64,000 bases of DNA from the human T2T-CHM13v2.0 reference genome, Homo sapiens (GCF_009914755.1 NC_060927.1), one strand, 5' to 3'; counted from the first letter of the stretch, positions 1 to 16,050 are shown. The notes: generated by a model not told the origin, from the letters alone. Numbers and translations: made by a program.

Positions 1-752
1 GCCATTTAAGGCCACATGGTATGCCTAGACAGGAAAATCTGGCGCCTTTCTTGAAATGGTTAGTTAACATTGATATTTTATATCTGTAAAAAATGCAGTA
101 CCTGACAGGCATGGCTGTCAGTCAAATATGTAAAGAGTGAAGAGGAAGAATATTGTTTTACCATTTTTATTTAGTCACCATGGTTCTTCCTGCAAACCTC
201 CATTTATTTATGGGACATGAGAGCTGGAAAGGACCTTAGAGGCTGTCTGGTTTTCATTTTTCCAGAGTGGCTTGGAAAATTCATTGACTTCTACCTAGGT
301 GTCACTGCTGGTTAGAGGTAAATCCAAAACAAGCACTCAGACCTCCCAACTCCTAGTCAAATATTTTTCAACCACTTTACATAATATTTGTCTTCTCTTA
401 TGTGGGAATTATGGTTTTATCCCATAGTTCATAATATTCATAATTTTTCTTTTAGTAGATAAAGGCAAATGGACTTAATTCATTTCTTACACAGAACAGC
501 CATTATTCTGAAACAGTCTTGCTTTTTATTTATTTTGAGTGAATTTAATGTTTCCATTGTGTCTCTGGAAACAGGCTGTGTTTTTGTTTTGGTAATTTTG
601 TTTGTACATTTTTTAAGGTATTGAGAAGTAGGACTTTGTTTTAAATTATTTCTTATTGCTGTTGGTTTTGCTGATTTACTATTTATAGAAGCTCCAATGC
701 ACTGCCTTGAAAAGGGCTGCTGTGCTGATCCATGTCATATCCTTTATTCCAG

Positions 753-986
753 AGCTGAGGGCTGAAGTTGACATTATTGAACAAATGAGCAGCAGCAGTG
801 GGAGCAGCTCTTCAGACTCTGAGAGCTCTTCGGGAAGTGATGACGATAGCTCCAGCAGTGGAGGCGAGGACAATGGCCCAGCCTCTCCTCCGCAGCCTTC
901 ACACCAGCAGCCCTACAACAGTAGGCCTGCCGTTGCCAATGGAACCAGCCGGCCACAAGGAAGCAACCAGCTCATGAACACCCTCA
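753..986 (+). CDS. EAF1: EAF1 penultimate coding exon (acidic Ser/Asp/Glu-rich C-terminal region)
   Basis: Acceptor cctttattccag|AG at 752/753, donor CTCA|gtaagt at 986/987; 234 nt encoding (E)LRAEVDIIEQMSSSSGSSSSDSESSSGSDDD...NQLMNTL, which I recognise as ELL-associated factor 1. Confidence 0.97.
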
Positions 987-1238
987 GTAAGTGTGTACTC
1001 CTTTTTATGGCTGAGAGAGGGCCATAGGTGCAGCTTCTATTTATCCTGTGCCAGAACTTACAAACCTAAAGATGTTTAAGGCATGGGAGAGGATCTTGTT
1101 AAAAATAGTTTGGAGCAGAAAGGTGTGAGTTACTAAACAGTAAAAAAGGGAAATGAGATGAAAAATCTGTTCTTTCTATTTCTATTCCCCACTGGCTCAT
1201 ACCGGTGTTTGTGAATTCTAGAAAACACTAAAACATGA

Positions 1239-1610
<372 letters not shown>

Positions 1611-1657
1611 TGAACTTTTATAAAAAAGAATCCACTGTCCCCAGACAGTGTGGTGGC

Positions 1658-2024
<367 letters not shown>

Positions 2025-2210
2025 TAAAACAGGAAAACAAGAACAAAAATTTATTTGTTTTGAAGGTGAACAGAGGGCTAATTTTCTATGCTTTTCTCTT
2101 TTTGGAACCCTGATGAATGTTCTCTCTTGGTACACCTTCCTTTAAGGAAGTTGGAAGGTCTAGAGGTAACAGTGGGGAAGTTAACCTAGTTAATCCAACT
2201 ATTGTGGACC

Positions 2211-2410
2211 AGGCAGAGATAATCTCAACCTCAGCACTATGGGCAGTTTGGGCAAGATAAGTCTTCTTTGTGGGAGGTTGTCCTGCACATTGTAGGATGT
2301 TTAAGAGCATCCCTGACGTCTACCCACTAGATGCCAGTACCAGTCTCTTCCCACCTCCCCAGCCCCATGACAACCAAAAATATCTCAAGACATTGCCATT
2401 ATATGCCCCA
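2211..2410. mobile_element. MER20-like DNA transposon relic
   Basis: ctcaacctcagcactat...tgcacattgtaggatgttta...ctacccactagatgccag...tgacaaccaaaaatatctc. Confidence 0.75.
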
Positions 2411-2920
2411 TCTTTAACATAGAGACTGAAGTATATGAAGAAAATCTGGCATTCTAGGTAGTTAGAAAAGGGGTGACCTCAGGATCAGACCCCCCTGAAA
2501 GGGTTTCATGGAACCCCGAGTCCTCAGAATAGACTTTGAGGAGAACTGGCCTAGAGATTAGCAATTTGGAAATAAAGAAAATCACTTTTGCTACAAGTGG
2601 TATCAACTGGGGTTCTGTTATATGTATTCCTATTGTATTAGATTGAAATGTTAAGTAATTATATTCTTCTAAATTCTGCCTAGTAAACAGGAATCTGGGG
2701 TTTTGTAAAGCACGTTAGTTCAGATTTGAAATTTAAGATAACGTGACTATCCTGGACAGAGGTGTGCCAGAGCAGATACTGCATTAGCATATTACTGGTG
2801 TTAACAGTATTCACCTTTCTTAATGGGAAGCCTACCGGATATTTTCTTAAGTTGCCTTTATAAAGCAACTTAATGTGATCAGTTCTTCCGAATGGTGATC
2901 AGTTATTTTAAATATTTTCT

Positions 2921-3261
<341 letters not shown>

Positions 3262-3517
3262 TAAACCATTTAAAAGTTATCCAGCTTACTTCTCCTTTGC
3301 TCTACCCTAATATGCAGTATTGTTGTGCTTTGTAGATAACCAAAAGCACCATTTTGTTTCAGTGAGCCAATTTGATTTTCTTCCCTAAGTTGAATTAACA
3401 AGGTTTTACTGTAGTGTGATAGCCAAGGCAATTAACAAAAAATTATGAGGAAGTCATTTTTAAATTCTGTACTTTTGTTTGATTCTATGATTTTACTTTA
3501 TTTTTTTTTTTAAATAG

Positions 3518-3564
3518 GAAATGACTTGCAGTTGAGTGAGTCTGGCAGTGACAGTGATGACTAG
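3518..3564 (+). CDS. EAF1: EAF1 last exon, coding part (R)NDLQLSESGSDSDD*
   Basis: Poly-T acceptor ...taaatag|GA; phase-1 join A|GA keeps frame with the previous exon; TAG at 3562-3564; NDLQLSESGSDSDD is the EAF-family C-terminus. Confidence 0.97.
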
Positions 3565-5949
3565 TGCTGGATCTTTCGAAACCTACTTTTTGGTGCACAA
3601 ACATGCCGCAAGACTGAGCTACTTTGGCGTGGAGTCCATTGCAAGAGGAAAATGTTATGGATCAGTGACTGTAGTAGGAGTTTGAGGCTCTGGAACTCTC
3701 ACATATTCAAGTCTTTAACTTAGTGGTGATGGGTGATTTTCTCGTGTCATTTTTGAACAATCTCATCTTTCAAAGTTTAAGTAGACCTGTAGAAGAGCTA
3801 ACAGAATTATATTTCTATTTAGTTAAAATTGTTAATGAAAAACAGATAAATGTGCCCTGGTCTAAGTTACTCAAAGGCCATATCTTCACCAGGCCAGAGA
3901 TTCAGTTTTAAACCTCAGCAGCCATCAGTTTGGCCAAGTGGTTGGTACCAGTGGAATGAAGTCTTTGATGGGTAGGAGAGAGAGGGAAAACCTCAAACTA
4001 CATCATAGAAGTATGTTAAAACCACTTTAAATTGTTGACACAAAGTGGTAAGGAAGTTTTGTCTGACTCAGCCTGACAAGCCTGGATAGAAATGGACCTC
4101 AGAATACAGAATGGAGTCCTTGAGTGTCAGTTGGTGAGGACCATGGAGTCCTGCCAGCTCAACCTGTCATTTACAGACTAAGAAAGGGAAGTACACACCT
4201 GGCTTGTGGCCAGTCTCCTGCCCCCTCTCTGGGCTTTCCTCACTGTTCTCTCCCTTGAATCTCATTTGTAGGAATCAAGAGATTCCTATACATGGGACTT
4301 TTAGATGTACATTGGCACTTGGATTAGATTCCAAAAGACAAAAGTGTTGGGTGCTTCTAGCTTGAATTCAGTCCCTAAATACATGAGGCTGGGTGAGCAG
4401 ATGAAACCGGTAGCCACTGTGCTGATGCATGTGACTCCATTCAGTTGGGGATTTTGGTTCCATGTGGATCCATACTAAGTATTCTTCAGTCAGTGGATTT
4501 TAGCAAGGGGAGGTAGGAGTGGAAGAGAGGTGTGAAGAAACCTCTCCGAACAAATGAACCAGCAGTAAGTTTCTAAAAATCAGAATCTAGATAGAAGTTC
4601 TGCAATATGAAATGAGCACATTCTTTGATAAGGCGTATCTATTCATGCTTTTGTACCACTGTTTTGTACCTGACTCCCTGACCGATTTGTATTTTTTATA
4701 TACAACTAGAAGGAAGTCACAAGATTGCCTTCTACAGTGTGCCATTTCCAAATGGATCTGTTGTTGGAGGAAACTGGTTGCTAGTCAATGTTCTATATTT
4801 AATGAATGTGTGATAAATCATCCTGTAATCAGTATGGAGTAACCTGTTTTTGTAGTTTGGATGAATATGTCCTGAGAAATTTCCATCCACTTTGGTTCAG
4901 CGGACATCAAGGTAGTAATAATAATTTTTCCTCCACAGGTCCCTCCACTCATATGGCCTCTCCCTCCCCAGCTAGTGGAGGGGAAGCAGTCTGGACTTAG
5001 AAAGGAAATAGGTGGTCTGTCATAGGGGCTTTCATTAGAGTTAAACTTCATAGAGTCAACTGTTTCATCATCATAGTGAGCCCAGAGAGCCACTGCCCAG
5101 CAGCATGCTCACACCACCTACCCTAGTGTAGGTAATAGGTCTACGCTAGGACCCCGTGCTGGGCTCTCAGCCCATCATGAGATTTTGGTGGATTTAATGG
5201 CAGGTAGGAACTTATTTATAGTGGATTGATAATTGCTTTATAATTCCTTGGTAATGACAGCTCAGGGAAGGTTTCACAAGGTCATGATCAGGAGACTTGA
5301 ATTGTTACTGGATGTAGGAATTGTTTCACTGCTCTTAACTTGCTCAAACTGGGGCAGGTTCCAGGAACTTGAACTAAAAATATCTATTTAAGCCTCTCTC
5401 TCTTTCTCTCCTCCCCAACTTTTTTCTGAAAGCCTTGATTTCTGTAGACAGAACTATGGTTTTTGGCATGTTGGGTCAAGACGTGTTTCTATAGGAAATG
5501 CTTGCACGTGGCACTGGCTTGGTGAGTCAAGCTTCCTGAGCTTCAGACCGTTTGTCCTGTCATCTGTCCTGCCCAACACTGTATGGTTTTTCTCTAGCAC
5601 GGCTTCAATTTTGTTCTCTGCACAAAGCCTTTGGTGGTTCTGCCCTCTGCCCTCCAGCTTTACCCACCAGAGTAAGGAATCTTTTCTTTTTAGAAATCAA
5701 GAATTTGGCTTCACAGATGGCTTCTCACAGATGCCCTCCTGCCAGCCAAACCGGACTTGTTCTTCCTGCCTCTGTGCCTTCTCTCATTCTCCTTCTCTCC
5801 CTCCATACCCCACTTTTGAGGTTCTGTGGGTACCATCTTTGTGGACTCTTGTCTTTTTTTTCAACCCACATGGAGTGCCCTGTGTGTACATACTGACCTT
5901 TTTTTTTTTTTTTTTTTTTGCTTGAACTCTGGTCGGTATGAGCTCCTTA

Positions 5950-6114
<165 letters not shown>

Positions 6115-6613
6115 TCATTCTCATCTCCTCCCTGGGGTATCCACAGGAATGGACATTCAAATGGTTGTAGCCTGGTGGGGTAGAAGGCAGAGAAGACTAC
6201 CCAGCCAGTGAAGTGCAGAGGATAGACATAGGAAAACATTCCAGGCATTTGGAGACAGCTGAAAGTATCCATGCTGACTTTCATGATTTAGAAGTCTTTA
6301 ACTGAATTATTAAAATTGCCTTTTTTTTGTGCTGTACAATGTCTACTGTACTGTGGGTCATTTAGATGAGATGAAAAACTTAATTAAATCTGAAGTGTCA
6401 GAGGCGCTTAGTAAGCCTTAGTAAAGTTGTGATTGAAGAAACTTAATACAAATGAACTAGAGGTTTGTAATCATGCCACTCACTAACGATTTTATTTCTG
6501 TAGCAGAATCATTTTTTCTATGTAAGGTGTTAATGTGTGTGTATGTGCTTTGGTTGTAGGAAAACTTGAAAATTCCAAAATCCTTATTTTCCTATTTGAG
6601 AGGCTGGTTCAGC

Positions 6614-6616
<3 letters not shown>

Positions 6617-6644
<28 letters not shown>
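6617..6644 (+). repeat. (GT)n microsatellite in EAF1 3'UTR
   Basis: About 14 perfect GT units. Confidence 0.95.
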
Positions 6645-6647
<3 letters not shown>

Positions 6648-6996
6648 AATGGTATATTTATTACATTATTTTGAAAGAGAATTAGTGTGTTATGTGGATA
6701 ATGTTATATACAGCCAAAGTGGATGTTTCTGTTTGGCAAGGAAGGTAGGATTTCTGAAACTCAGGCCTTAACCAATAGGTTGGAAGACAAGACCAATTGA
6801 AGAGTTAGGAAATGTGAGTTTTTGTTACTTCTGTTATTCCAGTCTTGGTTTCATTGTCTCATTCTTTATTTTTAAAATCTTGTGCCTAAAAGTTTTTTTG
6901 CTTAATTATGAAGTAGACATGCATGTTTACATTTATGTAAAATATTTGCTGTGTAAAGTATTTTTTGTTTATTCTCTTAAAAGATCACTATATTTA

Positions 6997-7051
6997 AATA
7001 AAAGTGAAGGTCAGCAACACATTTCTTGTCTTGGTGGGTTTCATTTTCTTT
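6997..7051 (+). terminator. EAF1: EAF1 polyadenylation signal
   Basis: AATAAA 6997-7002, upstream TGTA motifs (~6936, ~6953), downstream GU/U-rich tract tttcttgtcttggtgggtttcattttcttt 7022-7051. Confidence 0.85.
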
Positions 7052-7729
7052 TAGAAATCAATGAGCAATATAGGGTTCTTTTAAGAACCTTCTGTGCTTA
7101 AGCCTAAATAGCTAACTAAATGGATTCCTTTTTAATTTGGTGTTTATAATCATTAGGAAGTATACCTCAACTTTTAAAAGGTGTGACATTCAAAACTGAA
7201 GGACGAACTTCAGTTTTTAAAAGGTATGAAGTTCAAAACTGAATTACATCTGAGGCCATTTTACTTGGTCTGAGAAGGAGGGCTTAGTTTGGGTCTGAGA
7301 ACCATGCAACAGTTAAACTGAATCCCTAGACATATCCTATTGTCATTTTAGTTTACCAGATTCCTTCTGCCTGGAATGCTATGCCACACACACCTCTGAC
7401 TCCCAGCTGACATTTGGCTAGAAATCCTGACCTCCTGCTTCCATTCTCCACTTCTGCTTCAGCAGTGCTCACATTTACCTGTGGTCTTGGCTCCTCTGCT
7501 AGACTGTATAAACTTCTAGGTAGGCAGTGGCCATATTCCTTTTTAATTCGCTGTAGTGTCTCTAATGGGTGCTCAATATATTTGGATTGAATTAAATTAC
7601 GTGTTAAGTCTAGAAATCCTCTGCTACTTAATTCTGCAATGTGCTTGTTCCCTCAGATGGTAATAGGAGTTAGACTTGAACCATCTCAGTGGGGAAGTGG
7701 TGGTGTCCATCACTGAAGGGAGTTTTATC

Positions 7730-8700
7730 TTCAGTTAACTATTGCCACTGTAATGTTCTGTAACAAACCATCCCAAAACTCAATGACTAATAAGCATTTA
7801 TTTTGCTCACAAGTCTGAGTTGGCTTTAGACTGGCCTTAGCTGGACAGTTCTGGTCTTGATTGGCTCCCTCATAGGCCTGGCAGTTGACTGAGGTTCAGC
7901 TGATCTAGGATGGCTTTGGCCAGCAGAGTGGGGGCAACAGCTCTGCTCCATGTCATCTCCACCAGCCTAGCCTGGGCATGTTGTCATGGCAAAGGCAGAG
8001 AGGTGTAAGAGTAAGAGAGGAACCAAAATACTTCTGTCACAATTGCTAAGACATCATTGGCCAAACCAAGTTAGAGAGCTAAGTTCAGAATGAAGGGGTG
8101 GGGAAATCCATTCCCCAAAATTGATGGGAGGAGTTGAAAAAGAGATTGGAAAGGGTGTAGATACAGGGAGGTGGGAAGAATTGTGGCTATTAATGCCATC
8201 TATTACATTCACATGCCCTGTGACTGCCATGTTTGAGACCACTGGGCCACATGATCGCTAAGTCCCCTCCCAATTCTGGCATTGTTCCTGGCCAGATAAA
8301 CGAAAGTTCCAGTAAGAGTTAAGATATTTCTATTCATGATTCATGCAGAGGGCACCAAAAGCCACCCAATGGCTTCTCTTGGCTTGGCCCTCCCTCCTTC
8401 ATTCACTGTGTATAGTTTGCTCCCCTCCTGCCATTTCTTACCAAGAGCACTATTCCAGTTATCTGTTGCTAAGTAACAAGCTACTTCCCAGAACTTGGTG
8501 GTTTAAAACAATCACTATTTTACATCATGGAATTTGTTGGTTACAAATTGGGACAGAGCTTGGCTAGGCAGGTCAGCTTCTTGTGGCTTTAACTGTGGTA
8601 CTTAGCTGGCAGATGGGCTGGACTGCAGGGTCCAAGCTAGCTTCACTCACATGCCTGGCATCCTGGTGGAGGTGGCTGGAAGCAGGCTCCTGGAACCTCT
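7730..8700. mobile_element. Degraded MLT1-like LTR remnants (two pieces)
   Basis: tattgc..tgtaacaaaccatcccaaaactca..catttattttgctcac and a similar start at ~8455. Confidence 0.55.
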
Positions 8701-9451
8701 GGGCCCATGGATTGTAATGGTGAATTGCTCAAATGTAACAATCTCGTTGGTGAATTGCCAAGGTCCTTGACCTGTAAGCTGATTATCATCACACAAGTGC
8801 TGAAGAACTGCATTGAAAATTTAAATTGGCTCACTCTACTGTGGGGGAAGGATGGGGCCGAACAATTCCAGTAAAGCAGGCATTGGGGAATAGGTCGGCC
8901 CATTAATTGTAATGAGCTTTGGAGATTATTTAGCAATTTGACCCACACATACCCTCCATGCCCCTAGCGGAGCGATGGCCTATGTGTCTGTCCCAGGAGA
9001 CACTCAGAAATTGTCCCACCCGCTTCCCCAGCACTGGTTCCTAAGTGAAGTGCTGGTGACCAAGCTGCCATCAAAAACCTTACTTTGCTTCCAAATCTGT
9101 TACTAAAACGGCTTTGCAGGTGGACAGATAAGAGGTCTAGGGCCAAACCCCAACCCTACACTTCCCTGGTCATGGTAGGAGTTCCGGGACGGCCTAGAGA
9201 ATCCCAGAGACAGGCTGGATCCTTGGGGGTCAGTTGAGCACAGCTTGAGCTTCTGTTACTGGTGAAAGCATCAGAACCAGTCCAGTACTGAAAGAGTAAA
9301 AAAATCAGTCTGGGTAGAGAGAGTAAGTCAGCTCTGTGCCCCTACCATGCCTCAGACTGTCATAGCCGACACCAGAAAGCCAGTTGCAACGTTAACAGGA
9401 GAAATATTTCTCCCACACTGCTGCAATTGAAAAGTGTCATAACCATTCCTT

Positions 9452-9744
9452 TTTTTTTTTTCCTTCAGAGGGAGTCTTGCTCTGTTGCCCAGGCTGGAGT
9501 GCAATGCATGATGCTCACTACAATCTCTGCCTCGCAGGTTCAAAAGATTCTCCTGCCTCAGCCTCCCAAGTAGCTGGGATTACAGGTGCCTGCCACCATG
9601 CCCAGCCACGTTTTTTGTATTTTTAGTAGAGATGAGGTTTCACCATGTTGGCCAGGCTAGTCTCAAACTCCTGACCTCAGGTGATCCACCCACCTTGGCC
9701 TCCCAAAGTGCTGGGATTACAGGCAAGAGCCACTGCATCCGGCC
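9452..9744 (-). mobile_element. AluS
   Basis: Full dimer; TSD aaccattcctt. Confidence 0.94.
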
Positions 9745-9916
9745 AACCATTCCTTATTTTGAGTGACTACTGCTTTCTTTCCAATGACATCTCTAGCCTT
9801 GCTTTGTTACTCCCGCCACCTGAAAAAAATCACTGTGAAACTTTGTGAATACCCCTAGATCCCCAAAGAGGTGATTGATTTGGCCTGAGCCACTAAATAA
9901 TGATAACAACAAATAA

Positions 9917-10242
<326 letters not shown>

Positions 10243-10506
10243 TAAACCATGTTATCACTAAAATTCACCACAACCTTGAAATAAGGTACTATTATTCCCC
10301 ATTTAGAGGTAAGAAAACAGAGACTCAGAGAAGTGAAGTAAATTAAGCGGGTTAATTAAACAGCGAGTTTGTGGCAGAGCCAGGCTTCAAATCCAGATGT
10401 GTGAATCCAATCTTCTGCTTTTTTCACAAACTACACCACATCTTTCTTGACCTATGGCACTCTGTGAGAAGTCAGTCTCTGTGAGTGGACCTGTCAAAAT
10501 CAACCA

Positions 10507-10620
10507 GGCCTGCAATCCCAGTACTTCAGGGTGTGGAGGTGGGAAGATCGCTTGAGGCCAAGAGTTTGAGACCACCCTGGACAACATAGTGAGACTCAAT
10601 CTCTACCAAAAAAAAAAAAA
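10507..10620 (+). mobile_element. FLAM/Alu monomer
   Basis: Left-arm-like sequence plus A tail. Confidence 0.8.
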
Positions 10621-10639
10621 TTAAAAGACTCGAACAGCA

Positions 10640-11251
<612 letters not shown>

Positions 11252-11486
11252 TCAACCAGTAGCTTTCTGGGTATGGTGTGAGCAGTCTTCCCAAAGGTTT
11301 GCCTCAAGCAACTCAGCACCTATTCCTGCCAAAAGGAGAAGCAAAACCAGATAACCAGTGGAATGGACATTATGTGTGCCCTGTACCCATTCCCCCAATT
11401 CATGCTCCCCAATATTTGGTCCAGAAGTCACCCCCATGTAGCCTCTGTGCTTCTGCAGAATCTCCAGGGGATAGGCTAAGAATAAC

Positions 11487-11664
11487 GTGTCTAACAGTGC
11501 TAAGCTAAGCCCATGGCCTGGGTCAGCAACATTCTAGAAGAGGAAGAGCATTGTAGCCGATTGTTTGGCTGGATGGTAGTGATGGGGAACAGTTCCCAGG
11601 TTGGGCATGCAGAAGGTTTTCCGGTACTTTGGATTAAGACAGGATGCAGTGGTCCTAAATTCTT
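11487..11664. repeat. 178-bp direct-repeat copy of COLQ 3'UTR segment 15711-15888
   Basis: Ungapped manual alignment, 16 mismatches in 178 nt. Confidence 0.92.
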
Positions 11665-11823
11665 ATAACCTTTGTCTCCATGGGTTCAGGAACCCAGCCT
11701 TCATTCGTCAGCAAGTGCCATTCTCCTGACCAATAGAAATTGGTTCAGTAACAGGCGTGTGACCCAAAGCAGACCAAGGAGGCTCACTGCCTCCTTGGTT
11801 TGCTGGGGATTTCCAGAAAATAA

Positions 11824-12141
<318 letters not shown>

Positions 12142-13287
12142 GGAAAAGAATTTCTTGAGAGCCACTGGAACAGGCATTGTCTCTTCCTCTGGATTCTGCA
12201 GGGTGCAGATGTAAGCTTGAAAGTGCAGCAGTCAACACCCTAAGGATCCACCCTAAGGATCAAATTAATGGAAAGGTTCAAATAGTTGAGAGGATAGTAG
12301 AGGAATAGAGTGGGGACCTTGACTGAATCATGCCTGATCACCCCACCCCAGTGGACTTTTAAAGTTATATGAACCAATAAATATGTGGTATTCAGACTGG
12401 ATTTTCTGTTCTTGCCAACAAAAGCATATGGACTGGCATAGCCTTCTTTGGTGACCAACTGCATCTCTGAGACCCTGTCTTATTCTAAGCCACCCCATGT
12501 GACAGCCTCAGGAGCAGCTAAGGGAATCCGTTCCTGTTCCTAGGGTATGTTGTCAGAGGTGAAGGGCAGGCGCCACACCCACAATCTGTTAGAGCTGCAA
12601 GAAAAATCAGCCCTTATTGAAAGTCTTTTTCAGGTGAGGAAATTGAGACCATGAGAAGTGATGAACCCAGTCTGAATCCAGGTACCTGCACCCCCTGTTC
12701 AGTGTTCTTCCCTCCACATTCATTGTAGCACCCCAACTTCCTCCAGGACCAGCAGATTATCTCAGGAAACATCTACTTGGCATAGATGAGCTCTTGGATA
12801 CCAATTATGTGGCTCCCTGGGCAGCACAGCCACTTTTCTTCATGGGGAACCAGCTCCCTACATCACAGTTAGGATTTCAGGAAGGGCTGGGAGCTGCCCA
12901 CCTTCCCCGATCTCTCATCTTTCAATTTCAAAATGCCAAAGGGCCAGAATTACTACTATTACACATATTCTTAAAACATGTGACTTTGAATCCTTTCATG
13001 TCCTGAGCCTTTCAGAACCGTCCCTTGAAATAGCTCCAGATAGGCCCATCCCTAATATTTCGGGGACCAGGAAAGAGCATATATGGACACTCACATACCA
13101 AATGTTTAGGTATTTACATTATAATCAAAGAACAGACTATTTTTGTTGTTTTGCTTTTTGTTTTTTAGAGGTGGCGGGCGGGGAGGGCGGTTTCACTGTG
13201 TTGCCCAGGCTGGCCTTGAGTTCCTGGACTCAAGTGATCCTCTCTCCACAGCCTCCCAAGTAGCTGGGACTACAGGCACATGCCACC

Positions 13288-13639
13288 TGATCTGGTTTGG
13301 CTGTGTCCCCACTCAAATCTCATCTTGAATTCCCACATGTTGTGGGAGGGACCCAGTGGGAGGTAACTGAATCATGGGGGCAAGTCTTTCCCGTGCCGTT
13401 CTTGTGATAGTGAATAAGTCTCATGAGATCTGACGGTTTTAAAAGGAGGAGTTCCCCTGCAAAAGCTCTTTCTCATTCTCTCTCTTTCCCTGCTGCCATC
13501 CACGTAAGATGTGACTTCTGCCATGATTGTGAGGCTTCCCCAGCCACGTGGAACTGTAAGTCCAATTAAACCTCTTTCTTTTGTAAATTGCCCGGTCTCA
13601 AGTACGTCTTTGTCAGCAGCATGAAAATGGATAAATACA
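13288..13639. mobile_element. Solo THE1/MST-type MaLR LTR
   Basis: TG...CA termini; tgatctggtttggctgtgtccccactcaaatctcatcttgaattccc start, gaactgtaagtccaattaaacctcttt and cagcatgaaaatggataaataca end. Confidence 0.9.
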
Positions 13640-14539
13640 AATTCCTGGACTTAAGTGATCTCTCACCACAGCTTCCCAAATAGCTGGGACTATAGGCACA
13701 TGCCACCACTCCCAATTAAATGATTCAATATGTTCTATCTGCTTCCCTCAAAAAGGATACTTTCATAAAGAATGGAAGGCCAGGTTTGAATTTGGAATTT
13801 TAGATTCCACAAAGTCCTGTGGTAGCAAGAGGAGAGGAGGGTCCAGCCCCTTGCCAGATCCCCTTCTGTTTTTACCCCTGGCCCATCCCACACTAAGAAG
13901 GGCTTCATGTGTGTCCATGAGGAAATCCCAGCCCACATTCCAAGCCCCATCTATAATTCCTACAAACAACTTTTTGCTGGCCACCCCCAGGCCTGCATGT
14001 GTTTCAGGTCACACTCAGGAGGACAGACATGGGCAAGAGGCCTGCAGGTCTAGGAAGCAGGCTCAAGACCACTTGGGTGGGGAACTGTGGTTTCCCAGGT
14101 ACCTGGAGCATGGTCTAGGAGTGGGGCTTGCAAGCTCCAGCGGGTATGTTACTTTGGCCACATAGAGACCTCACCCTGTGGGGAGGGTAATGGCCAGAGG
14201 AGGGCCAGGGTAGGGCCCTCCAGCCTTGGGACCCAGGACAGGGCCTCTCTTGGCCAGATCCAGGAGTAGTACTAGACCTCCATTCCATCCTAAACAAGGT
14301 CCTAAAACTAGGGCTGAGGACAGGGCTGGCCTAGCAAGACTGGGTTTTTTGACCTTGGGCAAGTCCATGACATCTCTGGATCTGTTTCCTCCCTTGTGCC
14401 TGAGGGAACTGGAATGCTTCCACATTCTAGAACCCTCCACAGAGTTTGGGAAGCAGATTTGAATTTAGACTCCTCCCTCCATCTGGCAATGCTGAGACAC
14501 CGGCCCCACCCCCACCACCAACGGAAGAGAGAGCCACAG

Positions 14540-16050
14540 TGGGGAAATGAACTGCCTTTATTTTTTTATTTCCCATCCAGAAACCCCAGTGTGATGGTGG
14601 AAGCAGCATGAAAACAACATCTCCCCAGGCCTCGCAGTAGAGGCGAAGGGAACAGAGCTGCCCATGTGCCTGTCTCTAAAGACGCCACCCTCAGGTTGAT
14701 GTCACCTGTGGGAGACCGGGTCCACCTACAGACACCAGGTGATGGTCCACCAGGCCCCAAGCTCCAGCCTGCTGAGTCCCCAAGACACAGGCTCATTAAA
14801 TAGCTTCGTACAAAAACCCAAGGGTGTCCCTCCAGCTGGTAAAAATTGGGCAATTTCTACTTGAGGTCTGCTGTGGGGGTGGACCTCACCTTGGAGATGT
14901 CTTTCCAGAATAAAACTAAGCCCTACTCAGGAAAAATGGTGATGAAAGGCAGCTCACAGACATGCACGACTAATAATCTTATTGAAAAGGGAGGAGCTCA
15001 GGCACACAGGAGGACAAGGCTATGCAATATGCAGACATGAAAGAAATGCTACGGGACGCTGTCAGGGGTCAGCAGGAGGCAAAGAGGTAGAGCTCTGGCC
15101 AGGAACGCTCTGCCTAGAGAGAGCCCTCTGCAGCTGGCCCTAGATCGGGGACTCAGGGGAGTATCTGCCTAAGGACCAAGGAGACACCAACAGCCTGCCC
15201 AGGTGTGGGCTTGTGCAGGTCACACAGTCCTCATGAGTCTCCTGGACAGGAAATGGACATGAGGGACATTTTTGAGACAGGGGGCAAAGTGCAGAGAGAG
15301 CCAAGAGGTCAAGATGGTGCCAGAGATTTTGAAACCACAAGAGCCGCCCCTTTGGGAAACACTGAGAAGAGGAGCCTCTTCTCTAGCCTCTGCTTGGGGC
15401 AAGCCTGGGTCAGGTGGGTTCTCAGTACTTTTTCACAGTTAAGTCTTTTCCTGGGCAGCCACATCCACGTCAGGCTGGGCTGGGCTGTGGCCAGTCGAGG
15501 GGTCCTTTGGCAGGTTCAAAGCTGTGAGCCACCCCGAGAGAACGTGCCCACTTCCCTGCTTTGTGGTTCATAGGCCTAGAGAGACCCGACAGCGGGCTGC
15601 CCAGTGTGAGTGAGAATGCCTGCACGTTTCGGTGGTCAGGGGCGGAGAGGCCTGTACTCCAGATTCCCCAAAGAGATCAAAACATACTAAAACAGCCTGC
15701 AGGTCTATGTGTGTCTAACAGTGCTCAGCCAAGTCCACGGCCTGGGTCAGCAACATTCCAGAAGAGGAAGAGCATTGTAGCCGGTTGTTTGGCCAAATGG
15801 TAGCGATGGGGAACAGGTCTCAGGTTGGGCATGTGGAAGGTTTTCCAGTACCTTGGATTAAGACAGGATGCAGTGGTCCTAAATTCTTCCAGTCAGACTG
15901 AGTTAACAGCATGTCTTAGTAGCAGGAATTTGTCCTTGTTTTTGTCACACAAAGGTTGGTGGAGACGGGGCCAGGACATGGCCAGTTTGATGACAGTGGA
16001 GAAGCTGCTGCCAGTTCTGTGGGGCGCAGCCCACCTTCTCCTCACGGCCC
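14540..16050 (-). other. COLQ: COLQ 3'UTR
   Basis: Between TGA (16051-16053) and the AATAAA pair. Confidence 0.85.
14557..14570 (-). terminator. COLQ: COLQ polyadenylation signals (two tandem AATAAA)
   Basis: tttatt at 14557-14562 and 14565-14570 = AATAAA twice on the - strand, ~1.5 kb after the stop codon. Confidence 0.85.

Noticed and set aside
707-1027. 106-aa ORF as a standalone protein
   Set aside because: It is the EAF1 exon plus flanking intron sequence, starting at a TTG.
6309-6388. ATTAAA hexamers as proximal EAF1 poly(A) sites
   Set aside because: Expected by chance in an AT-rich UTR; cannot be supported without 3'-end data.
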